Shown: positions 27,571 through 38,251, counted from the stretch's first letter. The stretch: 64,000 nt of DNA from an uncultured delta proteobacterium (GCA_963712115.1 CAVQGX010000030.1:170856-234855), one strand, 5' to 3'. Numbers and translations are program-made. The notes: a model not told the origin generated them from the letters alone.

Positions 27571-28800
27571 TCACAGTGCGTTATTGTAAAAGGCCACGCT
27601 GGCGAAGGTGACAAAGGAACCTTCGTTGTCTACCCTGGTATAGTCGTAGCGTAGAAGTTCTCCTTCCACCGTCCGCTCTAGTGCTTTTAGCATGGTGTAG
27701 AGAGGAGGTAAGCCACAAATCCGGCGCCGATTGCGCTCCCGTATCAAGGTGGTAGCGAAGGTTTCAGCGTCGGCATTAGAGACAATCTCCAGTAACCTGT
27801 GGTCGGCCTCCTTGTGTTCACGCACAGTTCCCGCGTGAGGCCTAAAGGAATCTCCGTAACGAGGGCCGATATGAGCCAGATCTACACTGGACAGGAGACA
27901 AACTGGATGGGGATAGTTATCTATAGTCTCCTTGAGCGCTTGCACCGCATGTTGAATGTCATCGGTACGCTGCTCAAGCTCCTCAACCCCAAATGAACAA
28001 AGAATTGGCACAATCCGAACCTCAGGAAGCAGGAGTCGAAGAAAAAGGGCTTGGAATTCAATTGTGTGTTCACGCCGATGAGCAAATTCGTCTGCAAAAA
28101 GATCTAACTTGCAACGGCTGGATAATTCACCGATGAATTCTTTGTCCACAACCACAATGCCTAAGGGGGTTTCAAAGTCCTTGCGACACAAAGCAAAGTA
28201 ATGGGGCAAAGGTTCATGCCCGGTGCCCAAGACAACGCAGGTGTGCACAGCATTTGCCTCCACTAATGCCTTGTAAGCATAAGCGAAACAGGGACCACCA
28301 GAGCGCAAATCGATATGGGGGGCAATCAGTCCGGCTATAGTTCTCCTAGGTTCAATGGGACTTGGGTCGCCAGGCCCGCCGCTTTCAGGGGCAAAGAAAC
28401 TTTTTAGCTGAACCCGAAGATCGTCTCCGTTATTCTCATAGCTGAGTCCAGCGTGATAGGCTGGACGGGTAGGTTGATTATGAAACTCGGCGGTTAATTG
28501 CCGCATGCGGCCGCGGCTGTTCTCATTTTCTAGAAAAAAGTGGGTATCCAGTTTTTGCAGGAGACCATCCAAGTTTTCCCTGTAAAGGATACCTCCAAAC
28601 CTTCTCATGTAGGCGGCTTGAATATCCACTACCGAGTTTGATCCATCCATGAGGGTTACTAGAAAGTAGGCCTGGGGACTGAGTATCAAAGTCTCCGGAT
28701 TGAGACCCTCAAGGTCCCGGAGGGCAATGTATAACTCTTGCCCACGGCGAATAGGAATGGCTTCCAAACGATTCCGCAATTTTGGCAACTTTTCACTCAT
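27571..28800 (-). CDS. AmmeMemoRadiSam system protein B (MEMO1-like) with N-terminal extension
   Basis: RPAYHAGLSY, IAPHID, FETPLG, EHTIEFQ, SVDLAHIG, ICGLPP. Confidence 0.9.
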   Translation of the reverse strand: MSEKLPKLRNRLEAIPIRRGQELYIALRDLEGLNPETLILSPQAYFLVTLMDGSNSVVDIQAAYMRRFGGILYRENLDGLLQKLDTHFFLENENSRGRMRQLTAEFHNQPTRPAYHAGLSYENNGDDLRVQLKSFFAPESGGPGDPSPIEPRRTIAGLIAPHIDLRSGGPCFAYAYKALVEANAVHTCVVLGTGHEPLPHYFALCRKDFETPLGIVVVDKEFIGELSSRCKLDLFADEFAHRREHTIEFQALFLRLLLPEVRIVPILCSFGVEELEQRTDDIQHAVQALKETIDNYPHPVCLLSSVDLAHIGPRYGDSFRPHAGTVREHKEADHRLLEIVSNADAETFATTLIRERNRRRICGLPPLYTMLKALERTVEGELLRYDYTRVDNEGSFVTFASVAFYNNAL

Positions 28801-29201
28801 GAAAATCTCTTCAATTGGCCTCAATATTGCTATAATCTGCTGGTGATGGACTTACCCCGCTCACAAAACCTCAGACCCGGCAGACTTCCTTTGGGGCAAT
28901 ATCTAAGGGGTAGTTTCTCACCAAAAAGTAGACAAGGAAAGCAATTATCGCAAAGCGCATAGCGTTTTGAGACGGACGTAGAGTATAGTGAAAAAGAGGA
29001 GACGGAGCAATGTTTTTTTGGACAAGGAAAGTGTTTGACTGCACAAATAAAATGTGTTATTTCAACATTATAAGTCACTTAGCCCAGGTTCAGCCTCGTC
29101 AGTGTGAATAATCCTTTTTCGGGCTTCAACTTCAAAGCCAGATAAACTTGAGCTATAATTTCCCGGACGGTTGTTCAATGGACCTTATTTGACATCTTAT
29201 T

Positions 29202-30950
29202 ATGATTAGGAATTTAAACTACAAATTGATCGCCTCAATCCTCCTGTCATTAGTGTGGAGTTGTGCCCATTATGGACAAAATGTTCCCGTGGGAAATAAG
29301 GTTGCAGCCGAAAAACCAGAGATGGAATCCTACCTCACCTCCCGCAGTGAAGCTTATTACCATTTTATCCGATCACGCCAACTTCTTTACCAGAACCTGG
29401 TGAAGGAGGCACTGGCAGAACTTGAACTTGCTGCGGCGGCCGACCCTGAGGCACCATACCTTTTTGCAGAGCTGGCATCCTTTTACTTGCGCCAGGGTGA
29501 GAATGCGAAAGCACTGGCCGCGGCAGAGAGGGCGAGGAATCTAGATCCAAGTTCAATCAAAGCAAGAATGATGCTTGCCGGCTTGTACAGCAGTCTTAAC
29601 CAACCGGAGCTTGCTATTGCAGAATACAAAGGAGTCCTCGAGCTGAATCCTAAAGAGCAAAAGGCTCTGTTGTGGCTCGCTTCCCTGTACGCCGCCGAGA
29701 GTCAATATGCAGAAGCTGCAGATGTCCTAAAAATACTGGTGGAACTGGATCCCGAAAATCCGGTGGCAAATTATTATCGTGCCCGAATGGAGCTAGAGCT
29801 GAAGAATTATAAAGAAGCTGAAAGCTATTATATGAAGGCCCTGGAAATCCGTCCGGACCTCGAAATGGCTCTCATGGATTTAGCCTACCTGTACGAATTG
29901 CAGAACCGTTATCAAGATGCCGAGAAAACATACAAGAAAATTCTTGCATTCGATCCAGAGAATAGGCAGGCTCACTCGCGACTGGGAGATCTGTACTTAC
30001 GGCAGAATAACTACCGTGGGGCCTTGGCCGAGTATCAAAGAATAACTGAGCCTGCGGAAAAGGGCCTGGAGATGCGGAGCAAAATCGGCCTCATTCATTT
30101 GGAGTTAGGAGAATATGACCAGGCCATAGAAGTATTCAGCGCTTTGCTGGCAGGACAACCCGATAACGGGCAGATTAGATATTATCTGGCAATAGCCTAC
30201 GAAGAGAATGGTGATATTGAGGAAGCTTTGGCACAGTTCGAAGCGATTCCTTCTGACGGGCCTTATGGAGTTAAATCCAGAATCCATCGTGCCTTCATTC
30301 AGGAAAAGAAAGGGGATATAGAAGGGGCCATTGCCACTCTCCAGCAAGTGATGGCAGATTACCCCGATGAAGAGGATGGTTATCTTTATTTAGGGAACAT
30401 GTATGAAACGCTCGATCGATTTACCGAAGCGGAGGCAGTGCTCAGGCAGGGATTGGAGATGGTTCCTGATCGACAGCGGCTTCATTTCCGTCTCGGAGTG
30501 GTTTTGGATAAATTGGGGGAACGTCAGGGTAGCATTTCTGAGATGGAGAAAGTAATAGCCCTGGACCCCAACCATGCCAACGCTCTAAATTACTTGGGAT
30601 ACACTTTGGCGGAGCTGGGAATCAGACTAAAGGAGGCGGAGGAGCTTATTAAACGTGCCCTGGAAGTGAGACCGGACGATGGCTACATCACTGACAGTCT
30701 GGGCTGGGTTTATTTCAAAATGGGCCGCCATGACGATGCGCTTCTTTACATCCAGAAGGCTCTCGAGAAATTACCAGAAGATCCCCTGATTACGGAACAT
30801 CTCGGGGATACCTACATGGCTTTGGGCAAATGGCATGAAGCACAGGAGGCTTATGAGAAGGCATTACGGTTGGGTCACGAAAATCCGGGTCAATTAGAAA
30901 ATAAAATAGAGAAAAGCAGAAGCAAAGCAAACAATAAGAAGGCCCGGTAA
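29202..30950 (+). CDS. TPR-repeat lipoprotein
   Basis: Lipobox LVWSC; many TPRs; NALNYLGYTLAE..DSLGWVYF. Confidence 0.9.
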   Translation: MIRNLNYKLIASILLSLVWSCAHYGQNVPVGNKVAAEKPEMESYLTSRSEAYYHFIRSRQLLYQNLVKEALAELELAAAADPEAPYLFAELASFYLRQGENAKALAAAERARNLDPSSIKARMMLAGLYSSLNQPELAIAEYKGVLELNPKEQKALLWLASLYAAESQYAEAADVLKILVELDPENPVANYYRARMELELKNYKEAESYYMKALEIRPDLEMALMDLAYLYELQNRYQDAEKTYKKILAFDPENRQAHSRLGDLYLRQNNYRGALAEYQRITEPAEKGLEMRSKIGLIHLELGEYDQAIEVFSALLAGQPDNGQIRYYLAIAYEENGDIEEALAQFEAIPSDGPYGVKSRIHRAFIQEKKGDIEGAIATLQQVMADYPDEEDGYLYLGNMYETLDRFTEAEAVLRQGLEMVPDRQRLHFRLGVVLDKLGERQGSISEMEKVIALDPNHANALNYLGYTLAELGIRLKEAEELIKRALEVRPDDGYITDSLGWVYFKMGRHDDALLYIQKALEKLPEDPLITEHLGDTYMALGKWHEAQEAYEKALRLGHENPGQLENKIEKSRSKANNKKAR

Positions 30951-31020
30951 ACCGGGACCTGGTTTATTGCCAGACAGGAGAGCCGTGGAGCCAGAGTCAG
31001 ATCCCTTTTGGTCAAATTAT

Positions 31021-31809
31021 ATGGACATTGTATCGGTGGTGCCCAGAAGGGTGCTGCTATGCGCTTCCTTCCTCTTTCTTCTCATCGGTTGTGCTAGGGA
31101 AATACCCACCTTCGAGCCGGCAGATATGCCGGCCTCTGTGGTTGTAGAACATCTAGAAAAGGGAAAAGAACAGCTCCGGAGTTTTCGTGCAGTTGGTTCG
31201 ATTCAGGTTAAGGGGGATAAACAGCGCTGGTCGGGCAGGGCCTTTTTCCTGGCCCAACTTCCAAGTTCTTTGCGGCTGGAGGTGTTGAGCTTTTTTGGAC
31301 AGCCAGTCATTTATGCAGCGAGCGATGGTTCCGAATTCCTTGTCTGGGAGCCCGGTAATAACCGTGCCTATCAAGGGTTAGCTGCCCATGGGACTTTGGC
31401 GCGCCTAATCAAATTTCCACTGCATGATCAGGAGGCAGTGCTACTCTTGGCAGGCCTTGTACCTACCTGGTACCAGGTAGAACAGAAGCTTTTCAAATTG
31501 CCGGATAACGGGAGGATGCTGCTGCAATTGGAGGACACTTCTTCGCGGCTTACACAGAAGGTTTGGCTTGAAGGCGAGAGCCTGGTTGCCACAAAAATCG
31601 AGCGTATACGAGGTGGCAAACTAGAGCTGGAGGCTACATTTTCGGACTTTATGGACATCGAGGGATGGTTTTATCCCAGAAGCATTGTGATGGAGGGAGC
31701 CAAAACCCGCGTCACTATCCGCTATGAGCAAATCGCTATCAATGAAAGTCTGGATCACAGTGTTTTTCACCTTACTCTCCCTGAAGGGGTAGAGATCATT
31801 CCCTGGTAG
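31021..31809 (+). CDS. LolA/LolB-fold (DUF4292-like) lipoprotein
   Basis: Lipobox LLIGCA, PSSLRLEVLSFFGQ, C-terminal FHLTLPEGVEI; follows the TPR lipoprotein. Confidence 0.7.
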   Translation: MDIVSVVPRRVLLCASFLFLLIGCAREIPTFEPADMPASVVVEHLEKGKEQLRSFRAVGSIQVKGDKQRWSGRAFFLAQLPSSLRLEVLSFFGQPVIYAASDGSEFLVWEPGNNRAYQGLAAHGTLARLIKFPLHDQEAVLLLAGLVPTWYQVEQKLFKLPDNGRMLLQLEDTSSRLTQKVWLEGESLVATKIERIRGGKLELEATFSDFMDIEGWFYPRSIVMEGAKTRVTIRYEQIAINESLDHSVFHLTLPEGVEIIPW

Positions 31810-31875
31810 TTCCACACCCAAACTATTTGGCTGTCCTCTCTCCTCAAAGAGTGGGCAGGTAGCTGTCTAGAGTTG

Positions 31876-32337
31876 ATGCAGCGATTTGTTGCCGATCGCA
31901 TGCTGGGAAAATTAGCGAAGTGGCTGAGAGTTCTCGGCTATGATGTAGTCTATTTAAAAACGGCTGCCGAGGAGGAAATTCTCGAGAACCTTCAGGAGGG
32001 CCGGACGCTGCTGACAAGAAACCGTAGGGCACGGTTATGGCGAGGGAAGGGTAGAGTTTTCATGGTAAACGACAATGACCCCAAAATACAGCTGCGCGAG
32101 GTAGTAAAGGGTCTGAGGTTGGCGGAGTCGGGTGGTGCTATCTTCAGTCGCTGCCTAAACTGTAATCGCTTTCTTGACGCAGTCAGTAGAGAAGAAGTCC
32201 GTGAGGAGGTACCTGATTACATCTACCAGAGGCAAAAGGAGTTTCATCGGTGCAGTGATTGCGGAAAGGTATACTGGCATGGGAGTCATGCAGTGAGAAT
32301 GCGGCAACAGTTGAGAAAGATACTGGATGCTGGATGA
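31876..32337 (+). CDS. Mut7-C RNase (PIN) domain protein
   Basis: RFVADRMLGKLAKWLRVLGYD, RCLNCN, CSDCGKVYWHGSH. Confidence 0.92.
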   Translation: MQRFVADRMLGKLAKWLRVLGYDVVYLKTAAEEEILENLQEGRTLLTRNRRARLWRGKGRVFMVNDNDPKIQLREVVKGLRLAESGGAIFSRCLNCNRFLDAVSREEVREEVPDYIYQRQKEFHRCSDCGKVYWHGSHAVRMRQQLRKILDAG

Positions 32338-32442
32338 TGGAATCAGGATATTCGATGCTGGATCGCGGTTAGGTACTACCTGTTCTGCAAATTTTAGACA
32401 TTTTAGATCATTTTAGGCACTTGATTTGTAGGGAGGCCAAAA

Positions 32443-32808
32443 ATGTCTATGGCAGGAAACCTATTGAATAAATTTTGGCTGTGGCTGTACTCTTGGCTTC
32501 GTGCTTCTTTCTATTGGTTCAGCAAAGTAGCAATGGGTGGTAGCATCCGATTCCGTCGTCGGCTTCTTAAGGTTAGGGAAAAGAAATCATTGTTGAAAAT
32601 GGGTCGAAGAATCCATAAGTTGCATCAAGACGGTCAGAATGATTGGGCTGGAGACAGCAAGGTGAAGGAGATTCTGCAAGTACTTGAGGAGAGCAGTCGG
32701 AAGACAGAGGAGCTGAAATCTCGCTTGCAGGAGAGGAAAGACCGTTATAGGGAGAAGGTTCAGAAACTAAAAAATAAAACATCTAGCCCGAAAGGAATCA
32801 AGAGCTAG
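32443..32808 (+). CDS. Basic coiled-coil hypothetical protein
   Basis: RBS ggagg; 121-aa ORF. Confidence 0.6.
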   Translation: MSMAGNLLNKFWLWLYSWLRASFYWFSKVAMGGSIRFRRRLLKVREKKSLLKMGRRIHKLHQDGQNDWAGDSKVKEILQVLEESSRKTEELKSRLQERKDRYREKVQKLKNKTSSPKGIKS

Positions 32809-32831
32809 GCTGAAGGGGAAAGCTCAAAATC

Positions 32832-32991
32832 AAATTCGAAATCCTAAGCACGAAGCACGAAACAAATTCGAAATTCTAATGTTCCAATTCTCGAAACAAT
32901 ACAAATCAAAAATCATTCACAGGAGGTTTTTGTCATTTGGATTTGGAAAATTTGAATTTGTTTCGGATTTAGATATTCGGATTTAGGATTT
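32832..32991. repeat. AAATTCG/AAGCACG ... GGATTT heptamer inverted arms between convergent genes
   Basis: aaattcgaaatcctaagcacgaagcacgaaacaaattc ... gaatttgtttcggatttagatattcggatttaggattt. Confidence 0.8.
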
Positions 32992-33022
32992 ATCCGGATG
33001 TTCCCAGTTAAGCATTCCAGAT

Positions 33023-33529
33023 TTATCCAGATATGTCTCCACATTCACTGGGATCGCCCTGGATTTTGGCCAGAGCGTGCTCGAGGGCCGGGAGAAGTGC
33101 TTCCATGTTTTCCTTTGCACCTTTGACGCTACCAGGAAGGTTTATAATAAGTGTTTGACCTCTGATTCCCACCACGGCACGTGAAAGCATGGCATGAGGG
33201 GTCTTGGCCAGGCTGTTTGACCTCATGGCTTCAGCCATACCTGGCACTTGGCGGTCTAAGACCGCAAGAGTGGCATCCGGTGTAACATCCCGTGGACTAA
33301 CGCCGGTGCCACCGGTGGTGACCACGAGATCGAGGCAGGATTCGTCGGCTAGATGGCGGAGTCGTTGTTCCAGCAACGGCTGATCGTCTGGCAGAATCTC
33401 CAAGTTAGCTATGGAAAATCCTGCCTTGTCCAGAATTTCCCTGAGCACCGGTCCACTTCGGTCCTCCCGCTCGCCTTTGAACCCTTTGTCACTGATGGTC
33501 AATATTGCCGCTCGCCGCATACCCACCAT
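33023..33529 (-). CDS. mog: Molybdopterin adenylyltransferase (MogA/MoaB family)
   Basis: ILTISD..REDRSG, TTGGTGVSPRDVTP, LSRAV, INLPGS. Confidence 0.92.
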   Translation of the reverse strand: MVGMRRAAILTISDKGFKGEREDRSGPVLREILDKAGFSIANLEILPDDQPLLEQRLRHLADESCLDLVVTTGGTGVSPRDVTPDATLAVLDRQVPGMAEAMRSNSLAKTPHAMLSRAVVGIRGQTLIINLPGSVKGAKENMEALLPALEHALAKIQGDPSECGDISG

Positions 33530-33543
33530 TTTTCCGCTAAACT

Positions 33544-34446
33544 TTACTTAACACCCTTTTTGATTAGAAATCTGTTCGTAGCAGCAGTCAGCACGCTTGA
33601 GACACCCTTGCTTTTTGACAGTCTTTTGAGATCTGAGATCATTAGTGTGCCGATAATTCTGAGTCCAATGGTAAGAGGCGTTTTGGGATTATTTGCCAGA
33701 GCCAGGCGGACTTGGTAATTCTTCATCCAGTCCCGGTTACCGGCAATCTTTCGAAGTAGCTCCTCTCCCACATTGCGTGAGTTGGCAATGGCGACAATCT
33801 CGGGCTCTGTTATCCGTGGACTGTCCAGTACCGCCTCCTGAATCTGTTTGTTACTGTCCTTGACGAGAATGCTTCGCGCCTCTTTGTCGCCGCTCATGGC
33901 GAGCTTGACCTTTTCGGGGACCGGTAGGTCTTGTATCTCTTGATAGCGGCTTTTGGCCCTTTTCTCCTCCTTTTCCTGCTTGGGTGTTGTAGGGGCACGT
34001 TGAGCGATTGTCCTCTCGGCAGCAACTACTAGCTCTTCAGGCAGCACTTTGCTCTTGGCTAGGTCTGTGAGGTCTAAGTCCCGGAGGGTGGTTACCAGTT
34101 TGAGGGCAAGGGGAAGGGGTGTCTTGGGATTATTCACCAAAGCCAGACGGACCTGATAATTCTTTAACCATTCACGGTTAGATGCAATCTTGCTAAGTAG
34201 AGCAGAGCCGATCTCAGCTGACCTGGCAAAGGCCACTATCTCCACTTCAGTGATCCGGGGGCTGTCGATCACCGCCTCCTGGACCTGCCTATTACTATCT
34301 CTGACAAGAAGGGCGCGCAACTCTCTGTTGCCCGTTTTTTGGGCCAATTCTATTTTTTCGGAAACTGGTAAAGCCAGGATCTGCTGGATCCGGCTTTCGC
34401 TTAAATGGGCTTTATCATTAGCCGCCGGCTTTCCCGTCTCATCCAT
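33544..34446 (-). CDS. Conserved hypothetical helical protein with an internally duplicated domain
   Basis: Two copies of DSN(R/K)Q(V/I)QEAV(I/L)DSPRITE..W(L/M)KNYQVRLAL(V/A)NNPKTP. Confidence 0.85.
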   Translation of the reverse strand: MDETGKPAANDKAHLSESRIQQILALPVSEKIELAQKTGNRELRALLVRDSNRQVQEAVIDSPRITEVEIVAFARSAEIGSALLSKIASNREWLKNYQVRLALVNNPKTPLPLALKLVTTLRDLDLTDLAKSKVLPEELVVAAERTIAQRAPTTPKQEKEEKRAKSRYQEIQDLPVPEKVKLAMSGDKEARSILVKDSNKQIQEAVLDSPRITEPEIVAIANSRNVGEELLRKIAGNRDWMKNYQVRLALANNPKTPLTIGLRIIGTLMISDLKRLSKSKGVSSVLTAATNRFLIKKGVK

Positions 34447-34706
34447 TAGCGCACCCTTTTGCAGGTTGGACTGGACCATGATCCATCCAGGAACTCTGGG
34501 TGGACACTAGTCCAAGTTTCCAATTCATAAATAAGCAATTTCCTGGGTCCCCTGCGGGACTCAGTCTCATCCTTTGGCGGCGGGTTCCCATTTGGCGTTA
34601 AGCCAAAAGATTGGGCGGAGCCGCAACGGATCAACCGCATCCCGCCACAACGGGACCGATTGATCCGCCTGAAGCAGATAAAAACGGTATTTATGAAGGG
34701 AAACTA

Positions 34707-36797
34707 CTAGTCTTCTTTCTCGTTTTGAGCCTCTGCTATCAACTGTTCCTGCAAGTGAGCGGGCACTTCATCATAATGGGAAAGCTTCATAGTGAACATG
34801 CCCCGGCCACCGGTTTTGGAGCGAAGGTCAGGAGCATATTTAAGTACTTCCGCCATTGGTACGAGGGCTCTCACTATCTGGTTCTTTCCTTTGGAGTCCA
34901 TACCCAGTACCTTACCGCGTCTGGAGTTGAGGTCGCCGATTACATCACCCATATTCTCATCCGGGACCGTCACTTCCACCTCCATAACCGGCTCAAGCAA
35001 GGTGGGTTGAGCTTCTGCTACTCCTTTCTTGAAGCACATGGACGCAGCAATCTTGAAGGCCATTTCTGAGGAGTCAACCTCATGGGATTTACCATCGTAG
35101 AAGCGCACTTTGAAATCCACCACTGGATAGCCTGCTCGCACTCCGGTCTGCATGGCCTCCGCAATTCCCTTTTCTACCGCAGGAACAAAACCGCGGGGCA
35201 CATTCATGCCCACCAGGGCATTTTCGAATTCAAATCCCGTGCCACGATCGAGGGGAGTGAGATCAAAATGAACTTCTGCGAACTGGCCCCGACCGCCAGT
35301 CTGTTTCTTATGCCTATAAACGATGCCCTTTGCTGGCTTTTTAATAGTTTCGAGGTATGGAACCTTTGGGGGGGAGAGATTCACCTCTACACCGAACTTC
35401 CGCTTGAGTTTATCCATGGTAGCCTCAATGTGAATTTCACCCATACCGGAGAGAATTGTTTCCTTGGTTTGCTCTTCACGGTGCACCTTTAGAGTAGGAT
35501 CTTCTTCCATCAATCGAGCCAGAGACGAAAAAATCTTCTCCTCATCCCCTCTACTTTTTGGCTGTACCGCCATTGAGACAATAGGCTCCATGGTTCGGAT
35601 AACTGGGTAAATGATAGGTTTATTCGGATCACAAAGGGTGTCGCCGGTAAGAGTCTCTTTCAACTTGGCAACAGCAACAATCTCTCCTGGTCCTGCACTC
35701 TGGATGGTTTCCTGGTTCTTGCCCTTCATGAGCAGTAGAGCACCAAACCGCTCTTTTACCTCTTTGTTGGCATTGTAGAAATTGCTATCAGCTGAAAGGG
35801 TGCCTGAAAAAATACGCATGACTGTCAGCCGACCGGCATAAGGATCGCTAACTGTTTTGATTACTTGAGCGCTCAATGGTCCTCCTGCCTCAGGTTTACG
35901 CATTTCTTCTTCTTTGTTTTTGGGGTTTATCCCCGTTTTTTCGCCGCGTTCCTGAGGGCTGGGAAGACATCGGACAATGAGGTCCAATACCATCTGTGTG
36001 CCCATGTTCTTGGTGGCTGAGCTACAGGTAATAGGAACTACCTCACCGGCAATGCAGCCGCTGCGCAATCCGTTGAGGAGTTCTTGGTCGGTGAGTTCTT
36101 CTCCTTCCAGGTACTTTTCCAGCAAGGCATCATCGGATTCGGCTATACGTTCAATTATCTGTTCACGGTGAGTTTCCACCAAATCAGCCATATCGTCCGG
36201 AACACTGATCTCTTTTGTTTTGCCGCTTCCATCATCTTGGAACTCATAGGCCTTTCCCCTGAGGAGATCTATAATACCCTTGAAAGTCTCGGCCGCACCA
36301 ATGGGGAGGTGCACCGGGGTAGCCTTGTCACCGAAGATTTCCTTGATCTCATTGAACACTTTAAAGAAATCAGCGCGCTCCCGGTCCATTTTATTTATCG
36401 CTATTATGCGGGGCAGATTGAAATCATCGGCAAAGTCCCAGACTTTTTCTGTCTGGACTTTTACTCCATCAATGGCATCAATCACTACCAGCGCTCCGTC
36501 AACCCCACTGAGGCAGGTCTGGGTGTCCGCTAGGAAGTTAAAATCTCCCGGTGTGTCGATGATGGTAATGGGTGACTTCTTCCAAACGAAACTACAAAAG
36601 GAGGAACTTATGGTTATTTGCCTGGCAATCTCTTCGGCTTCGTAGTCTAATATGGAGGTGCCGTCGTCCACCTTGCCCAGCCGTTTGGTATCACCCGTGT
36701 TAAAGAGCATCGCTTCTGCCAGGCTTGTTTTTCCTGCACCCCCATGGGAAATTATTCCTACTGTTCTCAGATTGGCTATGTCTTTGCTCATGGACAC
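34707..36797 (-). CDS. Elongation factor G paralog (EF-G-like, FusA2)
   Basis: SHGGAGKT, DTPGD, NKMD, KKQTGGRGQF, HEVDSSEMAF; not in an str operon. Confidence 0.93.
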   Translation of the reverse strand: MSMSKDIANLRTVGIISHGGAGKTSLAEAMLFNTGDTKRLGKVDDGTSILDYEAEEIARQITISSSFCSFVWKKSPITIIDTPGDFNFLADTQTCLSGVDGALVVIDAIDGVKVQTEKVWDFADDFNLPRIIAINKMDRERADFFKVFNEIKEIFGDKATPVHLPIGAAETFKGIIDLLRGKAYEFQDDGSGKTKEISVPDDMADLVETHREQIIERIAESDDALLEKYLEGEELTDQELLNGLRSGCIAGEVVPITCSSATKNMGTQMVLDLIVRCLPSPQERGEKTGINPKNKEEEMRKPEAGGPLSAQVIKTVSDPYAGRLTVMRIFSGTLSADSNFYNANKEVKERFGALLLMKGKNQETIQSAGPGEIVAVAKLKETLTGDTLCDPNKPIIYPVIRTMEPIVSMAVQPKSRGDEEKIFSSLARLMEEDPTLKVHREEQTKETILSGMGEIHIEATMDKLKRKFGVEVNLSPPKVPYLETIKKPAKGIVYRHKKQTGGRGQFAEVHFDLTPLDRGTGFEFENALVGMNVPRGFVPAVEKGIAEAMQTGVRAGYPVVDFKVRFYDGKSHEVDSSEMAFKIAASMCFKKGVAEAQPTLLEPVMEVEVTVPDENMGDVIGDLNSRRGKVLGMDSKGKNQIVRALVPMAEVLKYAPDLRSKTGGRGMFTMKLSHYDEVPAHLQEQLIAEAQNEKED

Positions 36798-37120
36798 TCC
36801 TCTCCGGCGCTATTTTATATTAGAGTATGCTTTTTAGGGCGATTGACGAGCCTTTGGGATTGGATTCTGAATACGGAAGGGTATTCACAGGTAAACTGGT
36901 CCGTCTTATGTCGCCTTACTTCTTTCTACTGATAAGGAGTTGTTACCACATTTCAAAACAGGTTTTGCCTGGCAAAGCGTGGCAAAGAGGTAACAAATGA
37001 AATTACCTCAGCGCAGAAATCAAAGTCAAGAAAAAGTTTGGCACCCACTTTTTCGTTGATTCTTTTTCTGGCACTGTGCTAAATATCAAGTTTTCCACTA
37101 TTTATCTGGAGATAGCCGCA

Positions 37121-38065
37121 GTGAAGAAAGCACTTCAGGACTTTCTCAGATACCTCAGGGTGGAGAAAAATTACTCTGGCCACACCTTGAGAAATTATGA
37201 GAGCGATCTTCACCAGTTTATCGGCTTCCTGGGCGATAGGAGCGAGCGGAAGAGTTCATCAGATCGGATCGTTCCGCAACAGGTAGGCCATTTAGATGTT
37301 CGTGCTTATCTGGCTTCACTCTACCGGCGAAATGCCAAAAGTTCTGTGGCGCGGAAGCTGTCTGCACTCAGATCTTTTTTTGCCTACCTGGTCAGACAGG
37401 GGGAGATTAAACAGAATCCCGCAGACATGGTCTCCGCCCCTAAGATGGGGAAGGCCATTCCCGATTTTTTGCAGGTAGATGAAACCTTCCAGCTCATGCA
37501 CGGTCCAGAGGGTGATAATTTGCTGGGAAGTCGCGACCGGGCCATTCTTGAAGTCTTATATTCGTGCGGCCTGAGGGTCAGTGAACTGACAGCCTTGAAT
37601 TTGGATAATGTTGACCTCGAATTGGGAATTATTCGGGTCATGGGCAAGGGAAGCAGGGAGAGGGTAGTACCCGTCGGCAGCAAAGCAATAGAGGCACTTT
37701 CCGGCTATATGCAAAGAAGAGGGGAATTGCTGGGCATGCAGGTGGAACACGGCGCAATATTTCTAAACAATCGTGGCGGTCGCTTGAGTTCCAGGAGTGT
37801 GGCTCGGTTGCTGAAGAAACACATGCAGAGATGTAATATAGGAAGGCCGCTGAGTCCCCACGGACTCCGGCATAGCTTCGCTACTCATTTGCTCGATGCG
37901 GGAGCCGACCTTAGGGCCGTGCAGGAAATGTTGGGCCACGTCAGTCTATCTACCACGCAGCGTTACACTCATCTGAGTGTAGACAAGCTCATGGCTGAGT
38001 ACGACAAGGCACACCCGCGCAGCCGGCTGCAGAAGGTGAAGGAACCAAAAACAGGGGAAGATTAG
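37121..38065 (+). CDS. xerC: Tyrosine recombinase XerC
   Basis: RDRAILEVLYSCGLRVSEL, GKGSRER, HGLRHSFATHLL, LGHVSLSTTQRY; directly upstream of hslVU. Confidence 0.92.
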   Translation: MKKALQDFLRYLRVEKNYSGHTLRNYESDLHQFIGFLGDRSERKSSSDRIVPQQVGHLDVRAYLASLYRRNAKSSVARKLSALRSFFAYLVRQGEIKQNPADMVSAPKMGKAIPDFLQVDETFQLMHGPEGDNLLGSRDRAILEVLYSCGLRVSELTALNLDNVDLELGIIRVMGKGSRERVVPVGSKAIEALSGYMQRRGELLGMQVEHGAIFLNNRGGRLSSRSVARLLKKHMQRCNIGRPLSPHGLRHSFATHLLDAGADLRAVQEMLGHVSLSTTQRYTHLSVDKLMAEYDKAHPRSRLQKVKEPKTGED

Positions 38066-38107
38066 ATTTTTTCAGACATAGACCGAAAGTAAAGTGCCAG
38101 CCGGCTG

Positions 38108-38251
38108 CGACTAGGCAGTAAGCACTAGACACTAGGCAGCAAAAATGAGTCGGTAGGATTTCACAGGGCAAGTGCTTAGGATTTCGAATTTGATATTGAG
38201 CGCTCCCCGTTCCAAGTTGTAGTGCCTAGTGCTTAGTCCCTAGTGCCTAGT
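38108..38251. repeat. CACTAG(G/A) / CTAGTGC heptamer inverted arms
   Basis: gactaggcagtaagcactagacactagg ... gtagtgcctagtgcttagtccctagtgcctagt. Confidence 0.8.

Noticed and set aside
28830-29078. Cys-rich 82-aa ORF upstream of the MEMO gene
   Set aside because: It lies in a divergent promoter region with no RBS or known motif; probably spurious.
34547-34672. Small hairpins between the EF-G paralog and the next gene (gggtccc/gggactc, cggatcaa/ttgatccg)
   Set aside because: Short, single-copy here and without a U-tract; not enough to call a terminator or RNA.
37121-38065. Tyrosine recombinase as a prophage or island integrase
   Set aside because: Sequence and xerC-hslV-hslU context match housekeeping XerC; no att sites or phage genes were seen.
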